Shown here: positions 18,576 to 27,704 of the stretch, piece by piece
How positions within the stretch are numbered: the stretch's first letter is position 1
Layout of the letters: each line of letters starts with the position of its first letter
Origin: Herpetosiphon giganteus
Lineage (GTDB): Bacteria > Chloroflexota > Chloroflexia > Chloroflexales > Herpetosiphonaceae
NCBI RefSeq assembly: GCF_016907925.1
Contig: NZ_JAFBCZ010000018.1
Location: 1-64,000, forward strand
Length of the DNA: 64,000 bases
Direction: 5' to 3'
Position numbers and translations under genes: made by a program
The notes under the pieces: generated by a model
The model's input: only the letters and a program-made list of their open reading frames with translations
What the model was told of the DNA's origin: nothing
The model's database searches: none

Positions 18576-18863
18576 ATGATTGATGAACAAACTGAAGCCT
18601 TAGTTCGGCGACTCAAAAGTATCGAGGGCCATGTGCGTGGCGTGCAACGCATGCTTGAAGAGGATGCCTACTGTATCGATGTGCTGCGCCAAACCTTAGC
18701 CATTCGCCGCGCACTCGAAAAAGTCGATGCCCTCGTGCTCGAACGCCATCTCTCAACCTGCGTTACCAATGCAATTCGCTCGCCCAACGAGGGCGAACGC
18801 GAACAGGCGATTACCGAAATTCTCGAAATTTTTGCGGCAACCCGCAGCGTTAGCGAGAAATAA
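18576..18863 (+). CDS. CsoR/RcnR/FrmR family metal-sensing transcriptional repressor
   Basis: LKSIEGHVRGVQRMLEEDAYCIDVLRQTLAIRRAL with the family C-H-C pattern (YCID, H, STCV). Confidence 0.75.
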   Translation: MIDEQTEALVRRLKSIEGHVRGVQRMLEEDAYCIDVLRQTLAIRRALEKVDALVLERHLSTCVTNAIRSPNEGEREQAITEILEIFAATRSVSEK

Positions 18864-18871
18864 CCAACCCT

Positions 18872-19900
18872 ATGAATGAGTTGCTACCCTACCCATTGTT
18901 GGGCATTGTCGGCCAAAGCGAGCTGAAAACCGCGCTTACCTTGGCTTTGGTCAATCCCGCTGTGGGTGGGGTTTTGTTAAGTGGCCCCTATGGTGTAGGC
19001 AAAACCACCGCCGTGCGCGGCTTGCTCGATATTATGCCCTTAGTCAAACGCTCGCGCTGCGAGAATAATTGCCCACCCGACGACGAGAGCGACCTCTGCC
19101 CAACCTGCCTCGACTACCTCGAACGCGGCGAATCGCGGCTCAAAGATGATCTCATGCGCTTGATCGAGCTGCCACTCAACGCCCGCTTAGAGGATGTGGT
19201 CGGCGGCGTGAACGAGCGCGTCGCCATCGAACAGCAGCGCGTCCTGCTCGAAGAAGGGGTTTTGGCCCGCGCCAACAATAATTTGCTCTATGTCGATGAA
19301 ATTAATTTGCTTGATCACGCGGTGATCGATGCGATTCTCGATGCAGCAGCCCAAGGCCAAACCTTCGTGCGCCGCGGGGCAATGGTCAAACTCTATCAAA
19401 GTCGCTTGGTGCTCATTGGCTCGATGAATCCAGAGGAAGGTCGCTTGCGTCCGCAAATCTTGGATCGTTTGGGCCTGCGCGTGTGGGTCGGCCCGCAGCC
19501 AAACGCCCGCGAACGGCTCGAAATCTATCGCCGCGCCATTGCCTTTCGCCAAGACCGCACAGCCTTTCGCCTGGCGTATGCCCAAGCCACCACCCAACTG
19601 CGACTCGATGTGCTCAAAGCCCGCGAGTTGCTGCCCAAGGTTCATTTAACCAAAGCTGCTGAACGCTATGCCATGCAGATCATTACTCAGTTGGCAATTC
19701 CTTCGCATCGGGCTGAAATTGTCTTGCTCGAGGCCGCCCGCGCCCGTGCTGCTGCTGATGATCGGCTGCGCGCCACACCCAACGACATCAAAGCAGTTGC
19801 CCCGATGGCCTTGCGCTGGAGACAAAGCCCGCATCTTAACGATTTTCTGAAGCAGCACGAAACCGAGGAAGGCCTCATCGCCCAAGCCTTGCAGGCTTAA
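18872..19900 (+). CDS. ChlI/BchI-like AAA+ ATPase (Mg-chelatase subunit I family) with a Cys-rich insert
   Basis: LLGIVGQSELKTALTLALVNPAVGGVLLSGPYGVGKTTAVR aligns with BchI FSAIVGQE.MK.AL..GGV...G.RGTGKST; LLYVDEINLL Walker B; GSMNPEEGRLRPQILDRLGL; insert CENNCPPDDESDLCPTC. Confidence 0.8.
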   Translation: MNELLPYPLLGIVGQSELKTALTLALVNPAVGGVLLSGPYGVGKTTAVRGLLDIMPLVKRSRCENNCPPDDESDLCPTCLDYLERGESRLKDDLMRLIELPLNARLEDVVGGVNERVAIEQQRVLLEEGVLARANNNLLYVDEINLLDHAVIDAILDAAAQGQTFVRRGAMVKLYQSRLVLIGSMNPEEGRLRPQILDRLGLRVWVGPQPNARERLEIYRRAIAFRQDRTAFRLAYAQATTQLRLDVLKARELLPKVHLTKAAERYAMQIITQLAIPSHRAEIVLLEAARARAAADDRLRATPNDIKAVAPMALRWRQSPHLNDFLKQHETEEGLIAQALQA

Positions 19901-20292
19901 TAATAGACTTCGCGGCCAAAAAAGGCTTCGACATCGCGCGAATTCATATAGGCCAGCACAATCACATTCCACAACATGCCGCCCCAAGCCCAGCGCTCGC
20001 CCAACAAGCCATCTAAAATGTAGCCACCAATCGAAACATAGGCGCTTATAATCACCACCCACCACATCACGCGCCAGCCTTGAAACAGCGCCAATCCCAT
20101 CACAATCTGAAAACAGGCGGTCACAACCAACACAATTGGATCTTCCGATAAGATAAACGACTGCAAGAAGGATGGCACGCGCCCCAACAAGGCCACGCCA
20201 ATCTCAACCAGTGCGGTCAGCACATAGCCAATCGCAATCACCGTAATCAAAAATGGGCGGCCAAAAGCCAACGATTCATTGCGTTTGAGCAT
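19897..20292 (-). CDS. small membrane protein (DoxX-like, tentative)
   Basis: four hydrophobic helices; 4-bp convergent overlap with the ChlI-like gene. Confidence 0.5.
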   Translation of the reverse strand: MLKRNESLAFGRPFLITVIAIGYVLTALVEIGVALLGRVPSFLQSFILSEDPIVLVVTACFQIVMGLALFQGWRVMWWVVIISAYVSIGGYILDGLLGERWAWGGMLWNVIVLAYMNSRDVEAFFGREVYY

Positions 20293-20305
20293 GCTTGCTC
20301 CATTT

Positions 20306-21526
20306 CTATAAAATCGGCCACAGTGGCGAGAGCACCAACTCAGCAGCCTTGGTATACCACGGACGCTGAATCCATTCGGCCAAGGTCAATTCGCGGGCAT
20401 TGGTCATATCGCAGGCAAAAATTGCTTCCATGCGTTCAGCAAAAGCCGCATTGTAAATTTCAAGATTAATTTCGTGGTTGCCCGCCAAACTCAGCCGATC
20501 AAGATTGGCTGTGCCAACCGTCGACCAAATGCCATCAATCGTCGCCGTTTTAGCATGAATCATGGCGTTTTCATACAGAAAAATTTTAATTCCATGGCGC
20601 AAGCAAAATTCAAAATAATGGCGCGCCAGCCAATCAGCCAACACATGGTTCGATTCAGCTGGCACCAAAATTCGCACATCAACCCCACGTCGCGCTGTGA
20701 GCACCAAAGCCTCTAAAATCGCCCGATCGGGAATAAAATAGGCGTTGCTGATGTAGACAAAACGCTCAGCCCGTTCAATCGCATCGAGATACATCGAACG
20801 AATTGGAAACACCAAACGTCCAGCATCGTTTCGTTGCACCCGCACCGTCGATTGCCATTCCAAATCAAGGTCGATGTTGAGCCGAGGCAAGCGCCGCCGA
20901 TAGCGATTCCATTGCGAGGCAAACATCTCGGCCAAATTGCGCACAATCGGCCCGCGCACTTGTACGTGGGTGTCACGCCACTCGGTGCGATACAATTCAC
21001 CTAAATTGTAGCCCCCAATAAAGGCCACGTCGCTATCAACCACCAACAGTTTGCGATGGTCACGTGCATACGAGCCAATATCGAAAATTTGCGATAAGCG
21101 CGGAAATGCAGGATAGGTCAACAAGTGAATTTCAGCAGGAAACTTTTTAAATTTACGTGGCACCACCAAATTCGCAAACCCATCGACAATCACATACACG
21201 GCCACGCCGCTATGGGCTTTGCGCATCAAAGCATCACGAAATTTTTGGCCTAATTCATCGCCTTTGAAGATAAAGGTTTCGAGCAAAATCAAGCGTTGTG
21301 CCGATTCAATGGCTTGCAGCATCGCCGGAAACAGCTCTTCGCCAGACATATACAACTGAAATTCATGGCGATCGTCGCTGGTTGGCGGCAGGCTAATCCG
21401 CGGGTAGCGTTCGTAGCGTGTTGGTCGCCATTTGCGCACGCCAATCAACAAAAAAGCCAAGCTCACTTGGAGTACCACGATTACCACCAGCATCGTTATC
21501 AGATCTTGAAATGATTCAAATGGCAT
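20306..21526 (-). CDS. cls: cardiolipin synthase / phospholipase D family
   Basis: two HKD motifs (HRKLLVVDSDVAFIGGYNLG and HAKTATIDGIWSTVGTANLD) plus an N-terminal TM. Confidence 0.85.
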   Translation of the reverse strand: MPFESFQDLITMLVVIVVLQVSLAFLLIGVRKWRPTRYERYPRISLPPTSDDRHEFQLYMSGEELFPAMLQAIESAQRLILLETFIFKGDELGQKFRDALMRKAHSGVAVYVIVDGFANLVVPRKFKKFPAEIHLLTYPAFPRLSQIFDIGSYARDHRKLLVVDSDVAFIGGYNLGELYRTEWRDTHVQVRGPIVRNLAEMFASQWNRYRRRLPRLNIDLDLEWQSTVRVQRNDAGRLVFPIRSMYLDAIERAERFVYISNAYFIPDRAILEALVLTARRGVDVRILVPAESNHVLADWLARHYFEFCLRHGIKIFLYENAMIHAKTATIDGIWSTVGTANLDRLSLAGNHEINLEIYNAAFAERMEAIFACDMTNARELTLAEWIQRPWYTKAAELVLSPLWPIL

Positions 21527-21543
21527 CCGCCGTACTCCATCAA

Positions 21544-22779
21544 CTATTGCAGTTCGCCAAACAGCACAATTTCGGCGTATTCACCACGAATAATGCCACG
21601 ACTTGCCTCTGGCACAATCAACAAGCCATTTGCCCGCGCCATCGAGCTAACTAAGCCTGATCCTTGAGCGCCAGTTAATTCGGCGGTCAAGCCTTCAGCG
21701 CTGCTTTTAACAATCACCCGCAAATATTGGCGGCGTTCGTTGCTTTCCAAATCGGCATCGAGCAATTTGGCCCAAACGCTAGGCCGAAATAGCTGTTGAT
21801 AGCCGCCAATTTTGCGTAACGCAGGCCGCACAAATAGCTCAAAACAAACCATGGCCGAAACAGGATTACCAGGCAAGCCAAAAATTGGTTTGCCATTGAT
21901 TGAGCCAAAGGCCAAGGGTTTGCCTGGGCGCATGCGCACGCGCCAAAATTCCAGTTTGCCAACTTCGTTCAAAATTTGCTTGACTAAATCATAATCGCCA
22001 ACCGACACGCCGCCAGAAGTCAACAAGACATCTGCTTCGGCCACTGCTTGAGCTAAAGTTGCGCGCAAGGCCTCAGCATTATCGGGCACAATTGGCATTA
22101 AAATCGGAACCGCTCCCGCTTCGCGCACTTGGGCGGCATTGGCATAGCCATTCGAGTTGCGAATTTGGCCAGGATTTGGCTCAACGCCAACATCAACCAA
22201 CTCATCGCCAGTTGCAATAATTGCGACGCGTGGTTGGCGAAACACTGGCACTTGAGCCGCGCCAATCGTAGCCAAAACCCCGATGCTGCCAGCATTCAAA
22301 ACTTGCCCAGCGCCTAAAACCAAGGCTCCAGCCTGCATATCTTCGCCCGCTGGGCGAATATTATTGCCATGCTGGGTTGCTTGAAACATCCGCACAACTT
22401 CAGATTGGGCGTTGGGCTGGCCTTCATCGGTTTCCTCGAAGGGCACAACCGCTTCAGCATTAGCCGGAACTTGCGCACCAGTCATAATCCGAATTGCGCT
22501 GCCAGCCCGCAGTTCATGCTTTGGCACCGCTCCCGCCGCAACCCGCTCAATAATCTGCAACGCTACAGGCTGATCGGCACTGGCTTGAGCTAAATCTGCA
22601 ACCAACACCGCATAGCCATCCATGGCCGAGTTGGCAAACGGCGGTGCAGCGCGATCGGCATACATTGGCGTGGCCAAGACGCGACCTAAAGCCTCAGTTA
22701 ACGCAATTGATTCGCTGGCGAGGGTGGTCATGCGCTCAAGAATCGCCGCTTGAGCATCAGCAACAGCAAGTAAGCTCAT
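21544..22779 (-). CDS. moeA: molybdopterin molybdotransferase MoeA
   Basis: MoeA architecture with TSGGVSVGDYD and GLPGNPVSAMV motifs; start at MSLLAVADAQ. Confidence 0.85.
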   Translation of the reverse strand: MSLLAVADAQAAILERMTTLASESIALTEALGRVLATPMYADRAAPPFANSAMDGYAVLVADLAQASADQPVALQIIERVAAGAVPKHELRAGSAIRIMTGAQVPANAEAVVPFEETDEGQPNAQSEVVRMFQATQHGNNIRPAGEDMQAGALVLGAGQVLNAGSIGVLATIGAAQVPVFRQPRVAIIATGDELVDVGVEPNPGQIRNSNGYANAAQVREAGAVPILMPIVPDNAEALRATLAQAVAEADVLLTSGGVSVGDYDLVKQILNEVGKLEFWRVRMRPGKPLAFGSINGKPIFGLPGNPVSAMVCFELFVRPALRKIGGYQQLFRPSVWAKLLDADLESNERRQYLRVIVKSSAEGLTAELTGAQGSGLVSSMARANGLLIVPEASRGIIRGEYAEIVLFGELQ

Positions 22780-22836
22780 ATAAAAAAAGGCCATGGATGG
22801 GCCAAAACCCAATCCATGGCACACTCCTCACAACAA

Positions 22837-23214
22837 CTAACGACCACCAGCAGGCTGCAAGGCCTTGACCTCGGTAATCGCGTTTTGTTCGTCAACAAAG
22901 ACCACGGTTGGCTCCCATTCTTCGGGCTTGGCATCAACTTGGGCATAGGCCATGATGATCACCAAATCGCCAACATTGACTAAGTGCGCCGCAGCACCGT
23001 TGAGTTGAATTGTGCCCGAGCCACGTTCGCCTACAATTGCATAGGTTTCGAGCCGCGCACCGTTATTAACATCGACTACTTGAACCCGTTCAAATGGCCA
23101 AATTCCCGCTGCTTCCAAAAGATCCTCATCAATGGTTATCGAACCAACATAATTGAGGTCTGCCCCAGTGACGGTGGCGCGGTGAATTTTGGCATGCACG
23201 AGGGTACGAATCAT
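22837..23214 (-). CDS. panD: aspartate 1-decarboxylase
   Basis: [33 protein letters not shown] is the canonical PanD N-terminus with the Gly-Ser cleavage site. Confidence 0.9.
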   Translation of the reverse strand: MIRTLVHAKIHRATVTGADLNYVGSITIDEDLLEAAGIWPFERVQVVDVNNGARLETYAIVGERGSGTIQLNGAAAHLVNVGDLVIIMAYAQVDAKPEEWEPTVVFVDEQNAITEVKALQPAGGR

Positions 23215-23513
23215 CGTTGATTACTCCTTAGGTTGGTCGCCGCTGTTCATCCCATCGATCAACAGTCGCCGCCATAAACCATGATACGGCTGTCAGTGGT
23301 CTAACGCAAGTCATTTTTGCTAACCTAAACATTGCATTTGTAGAATTTTTAGCCATCGGCGGTCGATTGCTGTCCTCCAATTGCCCTTTAGGGGGTGCAG
23401 GGGGATGAAAACCCCCTGCGTTTCCCTCCGGCGGAGGGACGGAAGGGTGGCGAAACACATCTAGCCAATCAATGCAAGAACTCAGCAAAAATAGCCTATT
23501 AGCCAACATAGCG

Positions 23514-23735
23514 TTATTTTTGCGGATTAGGATAGCGTTCGAGCTTGCCATCAAGATCAGCAATCCGCTCGCGCAATTGCTCAACGCTCAAGGCAGTACC
23601 GTCGTCATCGGTTGGCAACACAATCCCTTCAGCCTCAAGATCCCAGTTTTGTTCGAGGCCTTCCAAGGCGCGGGCCAATTTGCGGCGTTCCGAAAGCCAT
23701 TCCTTGCGATACATCCGATTTTTATATTGTGGCAT
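23514..23735 (-). CDS. small charged hypothetical protein (73 aa)
   Basis: strong GGAGG RBS 5 nt upstream of ATG MPQYKNRMYRKEW. Confidence 0.5.
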   Translation of the reverse strand: MPQYKNRMYRKEWLSERRKLARALEGLEQNWDLEAEGIVLPTDDDGTALSVEQLRERIADLDGKLERYPNPQK

Positions 23736-23773
23736 ACAATCCTCCAATTCAAGTAATAGCTCTATTGTACCAT

Positions 23774-24448
23774 TCAGCGTTGCGCGCTTTGAGCCAACCA
23801 CGCGGGCAACTCACTGAGCTGATTTAAGATCGCTGCTGGCTGAGCAGCACTCAGCGTTGCCACATCATGCGTGCCTGTTGTAACCGCCACGCTGGCAACT
23901 TGGGCGTTATGGCCAAGCGTAATATCGTGGGTCGTGTCGCCAATCATCAGTGCTTGAGCTGAATTCAGGCCAAAAGAGGCCAAGGTTTTTTCCAGCATCT
24001 CGGCATGCGGCTTGGGCTGAGTTACCGAATCGTTGCCCATCAGCAAATCAAAATACTCAAATAAGCCAACTTGCTGCAATACGGCAGCGCTCACTGGCGT
24101 AATTTTCGAGCTAGCAATCGTCAAACGATAGCCAGCAGATTTTAATTCGCTGATAGTTTCGGCCACGCCTGCAAACAAACGGCTGCTCGGAATCGCAATC
24201 TCACGATAGATTGTACGATAGCGCTCGGTCAAAATGGCATAGTTTTCAGGCCCAAAATCGGTCAAGCGTTCCCAAAAAACCTGCAATGGCAAGCCAATCC
24301 ATGGCGCAATCTGGCGATATTCAGCCCCAGCGAAGCCATGTTCCACCAGCACTTGATTGACCGTATCTACAATCCCTTGTGCCGAATCAACCAACGTTCC
24401 ATCTAAATCGAAAGCCAATAATTGAATCTGCTGCGAATCAACCACCAC
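23774..24448 (-). CDS. HAD-IA family hydrolase (phosphoglycolate phosphatase-like)
   Basis: LLAFDLDGTLVDS motif I, K and DD motifs. Confidence 0.85.
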   Translation of the reverse strand: MVVDSQQIQLLAFDLDGTLVDSAQGIVDTVNQVLVEHGFAGAEYRQIAPWIGLPLQVFWERLTDFGPENYAILTERYRTIYREIAIPSSRLFAGVAETISELKSAGYRLTIASSKITPVSAAVLQQVGLFEYFDLLMGNDSVTQPKPHAEMLEKTLASFGLNSAQALMIGDTTHDITLGHNAQVASVAVTTGTHDVATLSAAQPAAILNQLSELPAWLAQSAQR

Positions 24449-24653
24449 CGACTCCTAACCTAAGCAACGAATCTAAACAGCTATTATGCAACGTTTGAGC
24501 AGTTTCGCAAATTGCTCAGCAACCCATGCCAAAAATCGTGATCAAGTGTATCTAACCAAGGTGAGTGAATAGATTTACCAGCTATGTTTTGCATAGCATC
24601 CATTCCACAAAGGCTGGCAATCTTCACCCAAACCAGCCTTTGTGGAGTTACCA

Positions 24654-25535
24654 ATGCGCTATCTTGGCCTGAGTGGCCGCATTTTGAAACGACCTGATTT
24701 ACAAGCACCCAACCAGCAAGGCCTAAGTCAATGGGTTTTGTATCTTTACGATGTGCTGCGCTATCTCGACCAACAACAGATTCATTGTTATCGCCTGCCA
24801 GCTTGGCCCTATGAATTGCTGAATAGCTGGCCCGAAGCCGCCGATCAACTCAGCTTAATTGGCAATTATGCCCAACAGGCCAAGATTCGCCTAACCTATC
24901 ATGCGCCAAGCAATGTACTGCTCAATAGCCATGATCAGCATATTCGCCACTATGCGCTGAATTATTTAACTAGTGCGGCAGGCTTTTTGACCCAGCTTGG
25001 CAGCCATGATCCAGTGATTGTGGTGCATATCGGGGCACAGTATGGCGATCGGGCTTGGGCCTTGGCGCAAACGGTCGCCAGTTTGCAGCAGCTTGATTCC
25101 GCAGTTCTCAATTGCTTAGCCCTAGAGGCCGATGGCCGAGTTTGGAGCTTGCTCGATGCGTTGCACATTCATGCCCAAACCACGATTCCAGTGATTTTCG
25201 ATTGGTTGCATCATCAGCTTTACAATCCAGCTCAATTAAATGCTGCCGCTGGCTTGGAATATGCGCTGGCGACATGGCCAAGCCAACGCAAGCCTAAAGT
25301 GCATTTTAGCTCACCGAGAACCGAAATTCGGCTTGGTCAACGCCAGCAATTGCTGTTGCCAACATGGCACGAACACAGCGATTTGGCCAATCCATTTGAA
25401 TTAATCAGCCTGCTACGGTTGCCATTCCAGCGCGATTACGATCTGATGCTTGAGGTTAAGGCAGGCGATTTGGCGCTTGAACGAGCGCGCAGCGATCTCC
25501 AACGCTTTGCGCCTGAACTTTTTGATGTGGAGTAG
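24654..25535 (+). CDS. uvdE: UV damage endonuclease UvdE
   Basis: HAPSNVLLNS, IVVHIGAQYGDR, LEADGRVWS, IFDWLHHQ and KVHFSSPRTE match B. subtilis UvsE blocks; start ATG 24654 (GGAG RBS). Confidence 0.8.
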   Translation: MRYLGLSGRILKRPDLQAPNQQGLSQWVLYLYDVLRYLDQQQIHCYRLPAWPYELLNSWPEAADQLSLIGNYAQQAKIRLTYHAPSNVLLNSHDQHIRHYALNYLTSAAGFLTQLGSHDPVIVVHIGAQYGDRAWALAQTVASLQQLDSAVLNCLALEADGRVWSLLDALHIHAQTTIPVIFDWLHHQLYNPAQLNAAAGLEYALATWPSQRKPKVHFSSPRTEIRLGQRQQLLLPTWHEHSDLANPFELISLLRLPFQRDYDLMLEVKAGDLALERARSDLQRFAPELFDVE

Positions 25536-25538
25536 CCT

Positions 25539-26177
25539 ATGCCAGAAGCCAATACGCCAGTTTTAGTCGCAGTTTTGAATAACCAAGCAGATTGGCAACG
25601 GATTCAGGAGCAGCATTGGTATCGGGTTCCGTTGGCGCATGCGCCACGGCGGATGGCTGCTGGCATTTTGGCATGGTATCAAACCAAGGCGTTTGGTGCT
25701 GAGGGCGGTCAAATTCGCTGGTATGCAGAAATTAATCATGTGAGCCAAGCCACTCGCAGCCAGCTAATCCCCGAGCAACCAGCGCATCCCCGTGCCCAAG
25801 AACGCTATTGGCGGCTCCAAATTGGTCCGTTGCAAAGCTTGCCCCAGCCAATTTTGGCCCAACGCTTTCGGCGAATTACCTTTATTAGCACCAATTGGCA
25901 GCAGTTTATTCACGCCAAACAGATCAACGATCTCTGGCTAGGTGATAGCTTAATCGAGCAACTAAGCCAACAATTAATCAGCGAGGGCATGAACGTAGCG
26001 CGGCGGCGCTTACACGATGGTAATCCGCCGCCGCAAGGCACATGTATTCTAATTCCGTTGCTCAATCAGCTTGAGCTCCAAATTGGTGGGCAGGTTTTAC
26101 GCTTCGAACATGAGGATTTAATTTGGGATTTTGCTGGTTGCTTAGCCCAAATTCGCGCGTTACAACGCCGCAATTGA
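25539..26177 (+). CDS. hypothetical protein, co-transcribed with uvdE
   Basis: 212-aa ORF starting 4 bp after the uvdE stop. Confidence 0.6.
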   Translation: MPEANTPVLVAVLNNQADWQRIQEQHWYRVPLAHAPRRMAAGILAWYQTKAFGAEGGQIRWYAEINHVSQATRSQLIPEQPAHPRAQERYWRLQIGPLQSLPQPILAQRFRRITFISTNWQQFIHAKQINDLWLGDSLIEQLSQQLISEGMNVARRRLHDGNPPPQGTCILIPLLNQLELQIGGQVLRFEHEDLIWDFAGCLAQIRALQRRN

Positions 26178-26189
26178 GCTAGGTTCAGC

Positions 26190-26735
26190 TTATTGCCCAG
26201 CGAGCAACAAACGGGCGAGGCGCTCGCCGCCAACCAAATCGGCCAAGTGGGCCAATTGGTTATCTTCATAGGCTTGATTAAACAGCGCGACATCGAGGGC
26301 TAGCACTTTGCGGAAGGCGGTAGTTGCATTCGCAGGATCGCTGCTGGTGGCGGCAATCTGCTCGCCACACGGCATAATAATATCTAACATCGCTAATGGA
26401 TAGCGCACAGGCAAGCCGATGCGCACATGAATTTCGCCAATTTTTAGGCGTTGTTGGGCATAGGCTTCATCATACGTTCCGCGAAACAAATCGCTAAACC
26501 AGGTTCCAAGCATGCCCGTCAAGCGTTCGACCGAAACGCCATCGAGGTATTCAGCGGTCGCGGCGTGGCCAAGCAAGCGCTTGTAAAACGCATCGGTAAA
26601 ATCCTTGGTTTGGGCTTTGGCTCGCTCGTGTAAGCCGCCGAGCAATTGCGCTTCAGCAGCAGAAACATCCATCATTTTGACCAACTCAGTGAGAATGGCC
26701 GTGCCCTTCACGCCCCAACTTTGACGATCTGCCAT
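26190..26735 (-). CDS. globin-coupled-sensor/protoglobin-like globin domain protein (no output domain)
   Basis: FTDAFYKRLL...WFSDLF...QQRLKIGEIHVRIGLPVRYPLAML resembles the sensor-globin core with proximal His in IHVRIG; GGAGG RBS. Confidence 0.5.
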   Translation of the reverse strand: MADRQSWGVKGTAILTELVKMMDVSAAEAQLLGGLHERAKAQTKDFTDAFYKRLLGHAATAEYLDGVSVERLTGMLGTWFSDLFRGTYDEAYAQQRLKIGEIHVRIGLPVRYPLAMLDIIMPCGEQIAATSSDPANATTAFRKVLALDVALFNQAYEDNQLAHLADLVGGERLARLLLAGQ

Positions 26736-26750
26736 GAGCTACCTCCTTGA

Positions 26751-27128
26751 TTAAGCACTCATCAGTTCGGCGATTGCCCGACCAGTTTCCCGCGCTTCAA
26801 TCCGAATCATGCCAAGATTGGCGTGTTGACGCAGAATGATCGCCAGAATCATTTGGGTAGCTACGGGCATGACCAAGAGATAGCCACTTTCGGCGTTAAC
26901 AATGGCCTCGTTGGCCTTACCAATTTTCAAATCATTAACCACGCGGGTCGTGACCCCCATCATGGTGGCTGCAATCGCTCCCATGCGGTCAGCATTGACA
27001 TCAGCCGACATGCGCGAGCTAATCAAAATCCCATCTGAACTAATTAATGCGGCCCCATTAATATCGTTACCATTATTGGTAACCAATTGGCCTAAAATAG
27101 TATTAATTTGTTCCGAACGACTAGCCAT
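26751..27128 (-). CDS. Roadblock/LC7 (MglB-like) domain protein
   Basis: 125 aa; GAALISSDGILISS...AESGYLLVMPV typical of roadblock; overlaps the GTPase gene by 8 bp. Confidence 0.8.
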   Translation of the reverse strand: MASRSEQINTILGQLVTNNGNDINGAALISSDGILISSRMSADVNADRMGAIAATMMGVTTRVVNDLKIGKANEAIVNAESGYLLVMPVATQMILAIILRQHANLGMIRIEARETGRAIAELMSA

Positions 27129-27702
27129 GAGAATGCTCCTTGTGAGTTACAGGCGAGGAGGATGAATCTTGGGCTAAAACGTCGATTCGATCTAATAAGG
27201 TTGAAATAACATCGCTCACCGCAGCATAATCAGTTGCAACGCAAGCGAGAATCGGAATATCGTTTGGTAGCCCTAAACGGCGGCGAATATACGTTGGCGG
27301 CAAGGCCCCAGGTAAATCTTGTTTGGTGGCGGCAACCACAAATGGCACAGGGGTCATGGCCGCGAAGCGTTCCAATACAACAATTGTCTCGTTAAAATGG
27401 GCTGGCCGACAGCTATCAACTAAAACAATATAACCCAAACATCCTTCAGCTAAAATTTCCCACATAAAATCAAAACGTTCTTGGCCTGGCGTGCCAAATA
27501 AGAGCAAGCGTTGTTCGGCATCAATCGTCAACGTGCCGAAATCCAAGCCCACCGTCGTATGATGTTTGAGCTCTTTTTCTTCGGTATGGGTCACGGGAAC
27601 ATCAGTATCAACGACATCGATTTCGCTGACTGTGCGAATAAATTGCGATTTACCCGCCGCGTATGCTCCCGTGATAACAATTTTATAATTGACCATTGTC
27701 AC
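27121..27702 (-). CDS. MglA-like Ras-superfamily small GTPase
   Basis: P-loop GAYAAGKS; G3 FGTPGQERF (TxPGQ variant lacking Asp, as in MglA); G4 ATKQD. Confidence 0.8.
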   Translation of the reverse strand: MTMVNYKIVITGAYAAGKSQFIRTVSEIDVVDTDVPVTHTEEKELKHHTTVGLDFGTLTIDAEQRLLLFGTPGQERFDFMWEILAEGCLGYIVLVDSCRPAHFNETIVVLERFAAMTPVPFVVAATKQDLPGALPPTYIRRRLGLPNDIPILACVATDYAAVSDVISTLLDRIDVLAQDSSSSPVTHKEHSHG

Positions 27703-27704
27703 TC

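Noticed and set aside
18872-19900. ChlI-like gene as evidence of bacteriochlorophyll synthesis
   Set aside because: No ChlD/ChlH or any other bch/chl gene is in the window. The CsoR linkage and Cys insert point to a different role.
23380-23450. GC-rich hairpins upstream of panD as rho-independent terminators for the small upstream gene
   Set aside because: No U-tract follows on either strand. They are kept instead as a candidate structured leader.
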